64,000 nucleotides of DNA from Octopus bimaculoides (taxonomy: Eukaryota): contig NC_068988.1 of NCBI RefSeq assembly GCF_001194135.2, positions 90,026,800 to 90,090,799 of the forward strand, in the 5' to 3' direction. How positions within the stretch are numbered: position 1 is the stretch's first letter; each line of letters starts with the position of its first letter. The notes below the pieces were generated by a model, which saw only the letters and a program-made list of their open reading frames with translations, made no database searches and was not told the origin of the DNA. The position numbers and the translations under genes are program-made. Shown piece after piece: positions 14,560 to 26,532 of this stretch.

Positions 14560-14608
14560 TCCTTTTCTTCTTCTTCTTCTTCTTCTTCTTCTTCTTCTTC
14601 TTCTTCTT

Positions 14609-14639
<31 letters not shown>

Positions 14640-14835
14640 TTGTTGTTGTTGCTGTTGTTTTTGTTGTTGTTCTTGTTGTCGTCTGCTCATATTTTATCCC
14701 GTGCTTTCAAAGCACTACCAAGCGCAGCACTGTCTGCATTGGGTGTGTGCTGTGGTTTGATGCGTTGCTCTCATAGTTACTGTATTGAATCTCTTTTTTT
14801 ACGTTATATATATATGTTATATATATATATATATG

Positions 14836-14871
<36 letters not shown>

Positions 14872-16170
14872 AGTATTGGTGTTTTTGTTATGTATTTGTC
14901 TGAATATTTTTTTATGATACCCGATGTGCCTTTTATGATAGGAATTATTACTGTTTTTAGACTCCACATTCGAGTTACCTCTATTTCCAGGTCTTTGTAC
15001 TTTGAAAGTTTCTCCGTTTCATTAAGAGAAACTTTGTCATCTGTTGGTATTGATACATTAATTAGAAAGCATTTTTGTTCTTGATGATCTCTGACATCTA
15101 TATCTGGCCTATTGATCTTAATTTCTCTATCTGTGTGTATTGGTATGTCCCACAGTATCGTTGTTTTTTTCATTTTCTATGACCTTTTTCTGGCTTGTGC
15201 TTATACTATCTTTTTTTCTGTTGTTATTCCATAGTGTTGGCATAGCTTCCAGTGTATATAGGTCCCAACTCTTTCATGTCTGTGAATATATTCCTTCTTA
15301 GGCAGGACTGGACAGCCAGAGACAATATAATTTATTGTTTCTTGTCCATGTCCACATATTCTGCAGTTACATTTTTATGTTTCTTTTCATTATATGCTTT
15401 TGGTAATTTCTTGTGGGGAGGTTTTGGTTGGGTGCTGCAATTAAAATGCAATTAAAAATCCTTCAGTCTCTGCTTTGAGTCCTGAGCTTCCCAGCCTTTG
15501 TTGGGATTTTGCTTTGTCTATTTCTTTTGCATTTAGTTTAACGCAGTATTTGCCATGAAGGGACTTTTCTTGCCATCGTTTTACCATGCACCGCTGCTGT
15601 TCCAGTTTTAGTTTAGATTTCAGTTGTTTTATAGCGTTTGTTGTTTCTTCTTTTTGTTCATAATTGTTAGGTAGTAGAACTTCTTGTTTGTATTTGTCAG
15701 CTTCCTTAAAGACTGAAAACATTTTTTTTTTTTGGTTTTGTTCGTGTTTTGTGGCTACTTGCATTAGTTTTCCTTGCTTCTGAAGTATGTATTTTTGTAG
15801 TCTTACGGTGTTTATTTTGTCATAGTTTTCTAGCTGTATAAGGCCTCTATCATCTTGTATACGTTGTATACATAACCTTTCTTTGTCAGGTTGTGGGTGG
15901 TGCATCGTAAATCCTGTCATTATTTTCCTAGTTTCCCTGTCTATTTTGATTAGTTCATTTAGTGTCCAGTTAAAGATATTTTAGCTGTAAGTTATATCTG
16001 GGACGACTAGAATGATGATACCTATTATTTTTTTCGCATTGAGTTCTGTTTTCAGTATTAATCTTAATCGTCTATTTTTATAAATTGTCTCCGTTTGTGT
16101 GTGTAGTATCGTGTCTAGTTCATTGATTCCTAAGTATTTGTATGTCGGCACATTTTTCTAAGCCAAATTT
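14560..16170 (-). mobile_element. R4/Dong-type non-LTR retrotransposon relic (RT C-terminus, CCHC knuckle, restriction-like endonuclease, 3' UTR, (AAC)n(AAG)n tail)
   Basis: TYKYLGINE, ILKTELNAK, NWTLNELIKIDRETRKIMTGFTMHHP; CRICGHGQETINYIVSGCPVL...HRH; RLE motif ILWDIPIHTDREIKINRPDI...KLSKYKDLEIE. A (TA)n array interrupts the 3' end at ~14805-14868. Confidence 0.9.
14563..14680. repeat. (CTT)n followed by degenerate (GTT)n
   Basis: Read directly; probable LINE tail. Confidence 0.95.
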
Positions 16171-16496
16171 CATGTTTATTTCTTTTAGTCCCACTAAAAG
16201 AAAACTGCTTCTAGTCAGTGAATAAGGTCTCTCAATACAAAAATGTAATAGCTACAACCATCATGCAAACTTGCAAACTGTTAAAAAAGGAGAATTTGAG
16301 TCACAACAAACGTGGCTGTCAACAACACACCTATTGTGTGAAATAGAATTCTTGCTTATACAAAAGAGGACCGTTCGTTGTTAATCGTACTTTCAATGAA
16401 GTACATACTAGACGTGTAATGTTTTGCTGAAAGCACTACATCATATAAGTATTTTTCATAAGAGAGTCGTAATTTTAAATGAGAAAAATTACGTAC

Positions 16497-16633
16497 CTTT
16501 TACTTTCCCAAGCCATTCTGGTGTATTTGGAATAATTAGAAGTAGCACTTAAAGATGAATATTTAAGAATGAGAAAGGAGCGAAAGCAGAAGACGAGACA
16601 GTATGGAAGACGTAGCTTCCCAAAATATATATA
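16497..16633 (-). CDS. Candidate exon ending ...ATG GCT TGG GAA AGT AAA AG (MAWESK); possible start-containing exon of an unknown gene
   Basis: Pyrimidine-rich tctcttcttcccaaatag acceptor, AAAG|gtacgt donor, 137 nt open in one frame. Confidence 0.25.
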
Positions 16634-17439
16634 CTATTTGGGAAGAAGAGATATGAGTATGAACGTTAGCGACTTCGGGGATGACGTTGGCTCCCGGTTC
16701 ACAAAAATTGCAAGGCACAATGTTAACAGACGTCAGTGAAGACGGAACTTTTGCTGATATGTGTATTCACTGGGTTAGTCTAGACATAGAAATGTTCGTG
16801 TTATCGTAAGATGACAACACAGACCGGAGCTGTGCTCTGTAGCTTAGGTTGAAAATGAAGACTTAATAGCAGTAATCCTTAGCAGAAAGCCTACAACTAA
16901 CCCTTTTGTAGTAAATCATTTGAGAGCTTTCTGCAACCAAAAAAGAAATCAACGACAACTACGACAAATCTTTCATGCTGTCGTTCTAAGGTGACATCGT
17001 ACTCTAAGAATGCAGCTGGTGCCAACACGACAGTGATCAAAGCAAATCACGTCGTCTTCATTTCTGGGAACCAAAACCAACCCACCTAAATAATAACTGC
17101 CTCAACTACGTTAAATGTGTATGCTATATGTAAATAACTTCAGTGCATTTGAAATTCAGTTGATGGCGTTGTGTTGCCGAATTCCTTTCCTTAAAATGTC
17201 TCAGTAACAGATTTTTGTAGAGACTTCACATTCCTTGAATTACTAAAAAATAAAGTGCCAAAATTCGTATATTGTAGTCAACATTCTATCCTTGTACTTG
17301 TTTACCTCTGTACACTTTCTAATTTACATATCGTACTTTTAAGAATATTTCACTTGTTACACTGATACACATCGATGGTATTTTGCATTTTTTTGTTTCA
17401 TATATTAATAAAACACATCTCTTATCTTCTATTATCGTT

Positions 17440-17600
17440 AGACTGCGGCCATGCTGGGGCATCTCCCTGAAGATTTTTTTGTTACTTTTAAAGTCTGGTA
17501 CTTATTCTGTAGCACCGTAAAATTACGGAGTACAGCCGTTATCAAGTTGCGGTAGGGTAAGGGTGGGGTGCAGATACTGACTGAAAGACAAATGCACACG
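17440..17600 (+). mobile_element. SINE module B copy
   Basis: GACTGCGGCCATGCTGGGGCATCTCCC...TGGTACTTATTCTG. Confidence 0.7.
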
Positions 17601-17645
17601 CGCTCGCACACCCACATACACACACATATATATGTATGTATATAC

Positions 17646-17684
<39 letters not shown>

Positions 17685-18003
17685 AGAATAAGGGCAGGAA
17701 ATCGTCAATTAATAATAGAATTAATAATTAACAATTTTGCTAAGTAGTTCAGTATGAAAAAACCTTTATCGGTAAAACCATTTATCATCATAAATATACA
17801 GGGATTAGCATTGAGTTGCTTCTCCAACATACTGAAAATTTAGAAATAGCAGTCAAAGAACTACTGATTCTAAACTACAAATTTTTCTCTAAACGGATGG
17901 CGATNNNNNNNNNNNNNNNNNNNNNNNNNNNNNNNNNNNNNNNNNNNNNNNNNNNNNNNNNNNNNNNNNNNNNNNNNNNNNNNNNNNNNNNNNNNNNNNN
18001 NNN

Positions 18004-18045
<42 letters not shown>

Positions 18046-18049
18046 CATA

Positions 18050-18205
18050 CATACGACTGGTTCCTTTCAATTTCCGTCTGCCAAATCGATTCATATGTAT
18101 CCGATCGGCGCGTGATTGTAATAGACGACAAGGTGCCATGCTGTGGGAGTAAACGCCAAAGCATGTGATTAGGGAACAAGCTTCTTACCACACAGCCGCG
18201 CCTTA
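18050..18205 (-). mobile_element. SINE family A copy
   Basis: Reverse complement GGCGCGGCTGTGTGGTAAGAAGCTTGTTCCC...GCACCTTGTCGTC...GACGGAAATTGAAAGG. Confidence 0.75.
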
Positions 18206-19004
18206 ACCTCCGTGTGTAATATTTTTATATGCTTAAATAATCACGGTCAAAATTTTATACTGAATAACATAAAAAATATTATTTATTGCATTTCTTCGTG
18301 ATGTAGGATGAGGCATTGTTATATATCGTTTAGTTCGATTTACAGTTAAGTTATCTCGGGTGCAATCTCACTGAATAATACCTTGTGAAAGTGATTTCCA
18401 CTATACACTTGGGGCAGGTCAATGCCTAGTAACGACATCTGAAAAAATGAAACTGTGGGGAAGCCCGTCATATGCATATACGTGCGCGTGCGGTCTATGT
18501 GTGTGAAAGTATGTGTGCACGTGTCTTTGTGTTCCTCCACGAATACTTGAGAACCAGTATTGATGAACAGTAGCGGTTGGGCATAGAAATCGATAGAATA
18601 ATTACCACACTTAAACCATTTAAGTACCGGGGCTGATTTGATCGAATACCCATTCAAAGCAGTTCCTCAGTTTGGCCTTATTCCAAAGACTCAAACTAGT
18701 AGATGATGAAGAAATGAACTACCATCTTTTCTATGCGCGCGCGCGCGTGTGTGTGTGTGTGCTGTAGCTGTCTACTTCATTAGTCATACCGAATCTTCGT
18801 CTAATTCTCTTATCTTTGTATCTTTATCCACCATTTATATTATTATTACTGTTACCATTAGTACTACATAACTCAATTAACACTTACTCATTCTCCAGTA
18901 TTTATCTAATTAAAATCACGTTTGTCAACTAAAATAAAAGATGGATTACTCCTAAGCTAGAAATCGAGGGAAGAACTACATGCTAAGCAAAAACTGGAAA
19001 TCGT

Positions 19005-19099
19005 TTAAACCAATCAGATGTTGGCTTTGAACTTGAAAAGTTCCTTTCACAATTACGTAATGTCAGGTTCGACCAGCCAACCAGGAATCATGGGTAAGT
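19005..19099 (+). promoter_or_regulatory. Candidate promoter/first exon: CCAAT box, palindromic PAR-bZIP site, ATGG|GTAAGT donor
   Basis: AACCAATCAG at ~19007-19016, ATTACGTAAT at 19052-19061, ATG at 19090-19092, consensus GTAAGT at 19094-19099. Confidence 0.35.
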
Positions 19100-19984
19100 A
19101 TTTTCATAAATTTTTGGGGTCGACCAAAGATTTAAAAGCGAATTGCGGTCGACGGAAACTGTGTGAAGCTCCACTAACAGATGATTTGTCTTCGTTATCT
19201 GTAAACTTAATTCGTATCCCGATTTAACAACCAGAATTTAGGTCTGTGAATTCGGTATAAAGACAATACTCTGCTATAAATCATACTGGTTACGAAAACC
19301 ATGAGAATACCGAAACCATTGCCATTACTACTTTCATTAAAAATGTAAAACAAATTGGAAGTGAACAGGTACGGAAATTGTATTTAAGAGACAATGAGAC
19401 AATGAGATATACGTTAATAATGATTGACATTTCGGTAGATATATTCTCGTTTGCTAACATTCATCTGTTCTTATACATTACGGAAGATGTTGAAAATATG
19501 GCGAAGTATTAATTCACTTAGATAGATTACTTAAAGTTTCAGGTAGATTAGTAGCGTACAAATGTATATGTAATCCTTCTCAGTTATATATATATGTGTG
19601 TGTGCGTGTGGGGGGTATGTGGGGGGGGGTATGTTTTATGTGTGTGTGCGTGAGGACGTTACACACAAAATTAATAAGCGTTAACATATGTACATTTGTT
19701 TTGCAAAATGTGTTCATACGTATACATACATATGGACTTGTAAATCCTTATTCATCTATCGATCTGTATACGCACACACGCACACATACACTCATATATA
19801 TATATTTATGTGTGCACGTGTGTGTGTATTTCTATACATGCATACATACATACATACATGCATACATACATACATACATACATACATACATACATACATA
19901 AATGTGTGGATGTGGATGTTTATGTTCTTGCATATCAGAATACATATATGGAAATATTATATTTCTATTCCAGTATTTCAATAC

Positions 19985-20170
19985 ATAGTTCTGTGGTTGC
20001 CGTTACATCCTGAGTTCAAACTCCGCCAAGGTTGACTTTGCCATTTATCCTTTCAAGGTTGATTAAATAAGTACCAGTTACGCACCGGCGTCGATGTAAT
20101 CGGCTTAATCTCTTTGTCTGTCCTTGTTTCTCCCGTCTGTGTTTAGTCCCTGTGGAAAATAAAGAAATAT
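19985..20170 (+). mobile_element. SINE family C copy
   Basis: CCTGAGTTCAAACTCCGCCAAGGTTGACTTTGCCATTTATCCTTTC...AAGTACCAG. Confidence 0.8.
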
Positions 20171-20296
20171 ATATATACCCGCAGCCATTTATAAGAATAA
20201 AATAAGACCCATATACGCGCACACACACTCGCAGAGACTTAAACGCATTCAAACACACACATATACTTATATACATTTATATATGCATCTAAGTGT

Positions 20297-20338
<42 letters not shown>

Positions 20339-20984
20339 NNNNNNNNNNNNNNNNNNNNNNNNNNNNNNNNNNNNNNNNNNNNNNNNNNNNNNNNNNNNNN
20401 NNNNNNNNNNNNNNNNNNNNNNNNNNNNNNNNNNNNNNNNNNNNNNNNNNNNNNNNNNNNNNNNNNNNNNNNNNNNNNNNNNNNNNNNNNNNNNNNNNNN
20501 NNNNNNNNNNNNNNNNNNNNNNNNNNNNNNNNNNNNNNNNNNNNNNNNNNNNNNNNNNNNNNNNNNNNNNNNNNNNNNNNNNNNNNNNNNNNNNNNNNNN
20601 NNNNNNNNNNNNNNNNNNNNNNNNNNNNNNNNNNNNNNNNNNNNNNNNNNNNNNNNNNNNNNNNNNNNNNNNNNNNNNNNNNNNNNNNNNNNNNNNNNNN
20701 NNNNNNNNNNNNNNNNNNNNNNNNNNNNNNNNNNNNNNNNNNNNNNNNNNNNNNNNNNNNNNNNNNNNNNNNNNNNNNNNNNNNNNNNNNNNNNNNNNNN
20801 NNNNNNNNNNNNNNNNNNNNNNNNNNNNNNNNNNNNNNNNNNNNNNNNNNNNNNNNNNNACTACAATTATTATTCTTTTTGACAACTGGGGAATGAGGAT
20901 CGAAGTGGCTAAAACTGAGAAATTTGGAGAAAATTACCATTACAAGAACAAAACTACCACCACCACTACCAACAACAACAACAT

Positions 20985-20985
20985 C

Positions 20986-21053
<68 letters not shown>
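20985..21053. repeat. (AAC/AAT)n microsatellite
   Basis: Read directly. Confidence 0.95.
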
Positions 21054-21055
<2 letters not shown>

Positions 21056-22803
21056 TTTTATATTAACTTCGTTTCATGATTTCCCCAGAGGTAAAGATCT
21101 AGTAATTAACAAAGCTCGTTTTAGTTGTCCGGACTACAGACTCCATGTTAGGAATTACATGTAAGATATGAAGTTATATATCATATGTACGTGACAAAAT
21201 GCCTTCTCATCACGCTCATTCTATCGAGGAGATCAACAGAGGCTGGCATCGAGGTCTCGCTGATTAAAGCTACTCTAAGTTTATTGATACAATGTCTGAT
21301 GCCATAAAAATAGTTTACTTTGACATACAGGATCAATAAACTGTGCTTTCGGAACTCTAACGTTTTTGGTCATGAAAAGTGAAGGAAATATCTTGATGAA
21401 AAACTAAAGGAAAAATGTTCACTTTATGTGTTACACGGATATATAGATTAATGGAATGAGAATCCAACTTCTAAGATATCGAGCAGCGATTTCAAATCAG
21501 TCTCACTATTTGATATTCGTTTCTGTGTAAGGTACTATTTTGCTTATTGTACATAGCCTCATTTTACATGAGAAATTTACGAAATTTGCAATGAGCGTTT
21601 GATGATCCCATCATGAAAGCATCATCATTAGGAGCTCTAAACGAATCATATATTGAGAGATAATTTATTAAATGTGTGTCTTTAATATATGATATTTAAA
21701 TACAATGTATTAAAGGAAACAAACAGTTTATTCCACAGTACCACTACATTCTACATCGCGTCAGTTCACTGGAATTTTTCAGTGAAATATTGTTGATATA
21801 CTGAAAATAATATTGGGTTTCACTGTAGGAATAAAGAGTCAAGGTACACTTGAGGAAACAAAGTCTCACAAAACACTCTTTAATTGTATATCCCACAATG
21901 CGGTCTTGCAGGTGGACGGACACCACTACTGTATGGTCTAACCATTTATACTTTTCATTATACATGACATCGCATAAACAAGTATACAGCTTATCGACCA
22001 GCTGCTGACCACACCACGATTGTTCATTTCTTTAAAGGTACTCTATTTATCACAGTGATGACAACAATTGAACCTGGTTTACTATAAGATTAATCATCAA
22101 CTCTTTAAGCAGATGTAGCAACTTTTCAACATCATATCACAGTAGTGTCTCATGATCTTACGAACCTAACTTATTATTCAGAAACTCATAGATGACATCT
22201 GCAAAATTTGTTACTGTATTTTTCATATGAATACATGAATGTGCCTGTCCTTGTGGCCAAAGTGTTCAGCTCATCATCAAAGAACTGTGGTTTGTAGTCC
22301 TGGCAAATCGGTGTGACGAGTCCCTGAGGAAAACTCTTCATTTCCCTTTCGCGCAGTCTTCTACGTCAAAATGAGTAGCAGCAGAATTAATGCCACCTTC
22401 CCTCCTTCCGCCTGTTAAATCCGGGGTGTTTCTCCGCATAATGCTGACCGTGAACGTGCTGACGAGAGTGTGTTGGGGACTAAGGTAGTTAGCGAAAACA
22501 TGCAACCAATCATAATCATCTACAAATGACTGTTGACTTTACTTCAACAAGACATCTTACTGAGCCAGTAGTGACAGATTCAAACCAGTATATATTGAAA
22601 TGAGAGGTGAAACATTTATTAACTTAGCATAGTGTGATTCTGCTCTGTAAACCAATGTATATTATTAGAACGTTGTTGACAGGATTCGAGCCAGTAGCTA
22701 CTATTGGTCAGGCATCTACGAAGACAGCAGGCTATCATTATTAGATCAGGAAACAAAAGTCTAATAGAAATTAATTATATAAAGCTGTGCTCTTTCTCAT
22801 CAG

Positions 22804-22864
22804 CGTATAAGACAGTCCATCAATGTTGACATTAACTTGGCAAAAGGTTAGCTACGGCAGAAAG
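22804..22864 (+). CDS. Candidate exon with start codon at 22823 (MLTLTWQKVSYGRK, ends phase 0); product unknown
   Basis: gctgtgctctttctcatcag acceptor and a perfect AAG|GTAAGT donor; 14 codons from the ATG. Confidence 0.4.
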
Positions 22865-23329
22865 GTAAGTAGCTACAATAAATAAATAATGTAAAAAATA
22901 TACATAAAGATAAATGAAGAAAGGAAGGAAGAGTGAAAGGAAAAAAGAAAGAAGGAAAAAAGGAAAGAAAGAAGGAAAGAAAGAGGGTAAAAGAAGAGGA
23001 AAAGAGAAAGGAAATGGTAAGAGATATTGATTAGTGACTCTCTTTGTGACCCAGAAAATTTCACCGATATCTATATTCTGCGAAGATGTGTTTGCGTCTA
23101 CGTAAATATATATAGATGTATTTATCTATACGTATATATTTGTATGTGTATATACAGGGTTGTGACTATGTATGTATGTATGTATATATGTATGTGTGTA
23201 TATATGTATGTACGTATGTATGTATGTACGTATCTATGTATGCATGTATGTGTGTATGTATTTATGTTAATAATGCGTTATATAGTGGCGAAAATCAGCG
23301 AGAGTGTTTTCCAGTTAAGACTGTGTGGA

Positions 23330-23500
23330 GTACATCTCTGACTGATCTTCGTCTGTCGACGATAAGGCTCCAGTTTTTCAATCAACTGAATAATGTGCTC
23401 CTGAATTAACGTGTAAATGACTGAGTACTCCGCAGATACGTGTACGGAGAGCTTAATTATCAGACAGAATCAGCATGACACAATGTGCAATATGACTCCA
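23330..23500 (+). mobile_element. Dispersed repeat family D (SINE-like), homologous to 29860-30030
   Basis: Shared AATTAACGTG(T/C)AA(A/G)TGACTG(A/T)(G/A)...CTCC segment preceded by TGTCGACGA. Confidence 0.6.
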
Positions 23501-23944
23501 TGTTTTGTGTTACAGTTACAGTTTACTTGGTAGGCTTTTTCAAAACAAGTTCTCTTTACCCAATACCATTCGCAAAGTATTGGTCGACTGGATAATTAAA
23601 AAAAAGGTAATTTCTATAAAATGGTCTCCCTAATCCATTCCGGCTCCTCATATATGCAAAGTGCATTTCTTAACCACATGACCACGCTGCACTTACTCTG
23701 TAAAGTATAAATCACGTATTAAGTAAGTTATTTTTAAGATGCGAATTTATGCCGAGACCTTATATGTCTTCTTTCCAAGGCTAGTCTATTCATGTTCATC
23801 CACACAATGAAATATGCTACCCAAGATATGGCTGCGTTCCAAGTGAAACAAGACTTAGTAAAAACATGTGTTTCTTTACACCACAACAAAGCACCCGGGA
23901 TTTCACAATAAATTGGTTGCACACATCATTAAAAGCGCTAAGGC

Positions 23945-24175
23945 TGCGAGCTAATGGGATCGTTACCACGCCAGAAAAAATATTTAGCTTTAGTTTCTGA
24001 TTTCAAATGTTCAGCTTTACGTTCTGAGTTCAAACTACGCTGCTGTCGACTTCGGCTTTCATCTTTTATGAGATCTATGAACAAGTACCAGTTCAGCACT
24101 GGTATCGATATATTCGACGAGCCTTTTCCCTCAACATCCTAGGCCTTGTCCTCAGAGTAGAAACGGATATTAAAA
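23945..24175 (+). mobile_element. SINE family C copy (diverged)
   Basis: GTTCTGAGTTCAAACTACGC...CAAGTACCAGTTCAGCACTGG. Confidence 0.75.
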
Positions 24176-24824
24176 GCAGCACACTGAATGATTAGTGCGA
24201 CTCATGTAATAGTTCAACTCAATATTACCATTCATTCTTGAAAGTATTCGAGGTTCTAGAGAGTTGTTTGGGGGTCTTCGTGTGCCTGCATAATATTTTC
24301 ATTCTCCAGCTGTGTATTGCGTAAAAAAAAGGTAATTACTACCCGAAATACTTCTGCTTTTCTGCGTAAGCGTTTAATGAATAAAATCTGTGTTAATCAT
24401 CTAAGAGTTCACACACAAAGTAAAATAGACATGTTAACTGAAATCTGAGGTTTAACTTTGGACGTAAAATCACTGCACAGTTGTCAGAACGAGTGCTTAA
24501 ATATCCGAATTTTTCCCGGGTGTGAAAACATACATGTTCATCTGAATTATTAAATAAGTACTTTTATAGACAGCCGATGGAATTATGCATAGGGCTCAGA
24601 ATGAAAATAGAAATAATAGAGTAAATCAATGAAATATATTTCAAATATGTTCCTTGCGTGTGTGTGTGTGTGTATGTGTGTGTGTATGTGCGCGTGTGTG
24701 TGCGTGTGTATGTGCGCGTGCGTGCGTGATGCGTACGTGCGTGCGTGTGTGTATGTTTGCCAAACTTGTAAATGCACATATTGGTCACACAATATATGTG
24801 TTTTGCTTGTACTCTTAATACCAG

Positions 24825-24938
24825 CGGAATTTTGTCGACGAAAGTTACTTTAAGACGTACAGTATTAAAAAAGCGCTGATTATCTCAAGCCCAGGCGAAG
24901 AGAATCGCCCCGGAGGTGAAAGAGAACCGTGGATGTTG
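24825..24938 (+). CDS. Candidate 114-nt exon (phase 0/0), RNFVDESYFKTYSIKKALIISSPGEENRPGGEREPWML; product unknown
   Basis: gtgttttgcttgtactcttaataccag acceptor, TTG|gtatgt donor; only frame 0 is open; GC content above the flanks. Confidence 0.45.
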
Positions 24939-25782
24939 GTATGTACCTCTTATTTCAGTTCATTGGCAGCGCATATTTGGGTCACTCTCGAAAATAATTC
25001 AAATCGCTTAGATATATTCAAAGAAAATAAAAACTTTCAGTTTACATACAACAGCACCGCACAAGGAAAACAGCATTAATTTTTCAATTAGAACCAACTC
25101 TAATAATGCAAGCGATATTGATGTATGTGCCTTGTTTAAACGCTTATTACCTGCCGAATTACGTCGCTGGGTGATGTCACATGGATACTGTTTATATTAT
25201 TAGAGCTACCTCTAACTCAATATATATATACATTTACATAGAGACACAAACACACGTTTGTGTAGGTATATGTGTATGTATACATATATATATATATATA
25301 TATANNNNNNNNNNNNNNNNNNNNNNNNNNNNNNNNNNNNNNNNNNNNNNNNNNNNNNNNNNNNNNNNNNNNNNNNNNNNNNNNNNNNNNNNNNNNNNNN
25401 NNNNNNNNNNNNNNNNNNNNNNNNNNNNNNNNNNNNNNNNNNNNNNNNNNNNNNNNNNNNNNNNNNNNNNNNNNNNNNNNNNNNNNNNNNNNNNNNNNNN
25501 NNNNNNNNNNNNNNNNNNNNNNNNNNNNNNNNNNNNNNNNNNNNNNNNNNNNNNNNNNNNNNNNNNNNNNNNNNNNNNNNNNNNNNNNNNNNNNNNNNNN
25601 NNNNNNNNNNNNNNNNNNNNNNNNNNNNNNNNNNNNNNNNNNNNNNNNNNNNNNNNNNNNNNNNNNNNNNNNNNNNNNNNNNNNNNNNNNNNNNNNNNNN
25701 NNNNNNNNNNNNNNNNNNNNNNNNNNNNNNNNNNNNNNNNNNNNNNNNNNNNNNNNNNNNNNNNNNNTATATATATATATAT

Positions 25783-25821
<39 letters not shown>

Positions 25822-25996
25822 AAAAAGATTAATAATTAAGGGTCCTACACGTAGCACCAGCATGCTAAATATAGCAGTCAGAAGACGACTACAGCAACAG
25901 ATTTTCACTGATACATATTAATTGAAATCAGCGAATGAACAAAAGTCCTAAGTCCCCGTATCATTAAGGAAAAGAATCGTAAACTGAAAAACCAAA

Positions 25997-26150
25997 CATG
26001 GCCGTATCGTCAAGATTTCAAACTTTGTGAAAATGTCGCTTAGTTATACTCAGCGAGGCATGCTGACCCAAGGGTCATAGAAACTGCCCATCTCAACAAT
26101 GTGTGCAATGTCATTTTCACAAAGTTTGAAACCGTGACGATACGGGTATG
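25997..26150. repeat. ~39-bp inverted repeat with ~76-nt spacer (MITE/fold-back-like)
   Basis: CATGGCCGTATCGTCAAGATTTCAAACTTTGTGAAAATG versus CATTTTCACAAAGTTTGAAACCGTGACGATACGGGTATG; 4 mismatches. Confidence 0.85.
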
Positions 26151-26239
26151 TCTGGCTTTTCAAGTTACGATTCTTCTGCTTATTGGTACGGGGACTTAGA
26201 ATTTTTGTTCATTCCCCCGATTAAAATTAATGTGCTATT

Positions 26240-26532
26240 TCTTTACTACCCACAAGGGGCTACACACAGAGGGGACAAACAAAGACAGACAAACGGATTA
26301 AGTCGATTATATCAACCCCAGTGCGTAACTGGTACTTATTTAATCGACCCCGAGAGGATGAAAGGCAAAGTCGACCTCGGCGGAATTTGAACTCAGAACG
26401 TAGCGGCAGACGAAATACCTATTTCGTTATTGCCCACAAGGGGCTAAACATAGAGGGAACAAACAAGAACAGACGAACGGATTAAGTCGATTACATCGAC
26501 CCCAGTGGGTAACTGGTACTTAATTTATCGAC
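26240..26532 (-). mobile_element. Two tandem SINE family C copies, the second cut by a gap
   Basis: AAAGGCAAAGTCGACCTCGGCGGAATTTGAACTCAGAACG, with a repeated CACAAGGGGCTA...GATTAAGTCGATTA...AACTGGTACTT segment. Confidence 0.85.

Noticed and set aside
21088-21096. ttccccag|AG|gtaaag as a 2-nt micro-exon joining ATGG to exon 24825
   Set aside because: A 2-nt exon is implausible without transcript evidence, and exon 22804-22864 explains the phase more simply.
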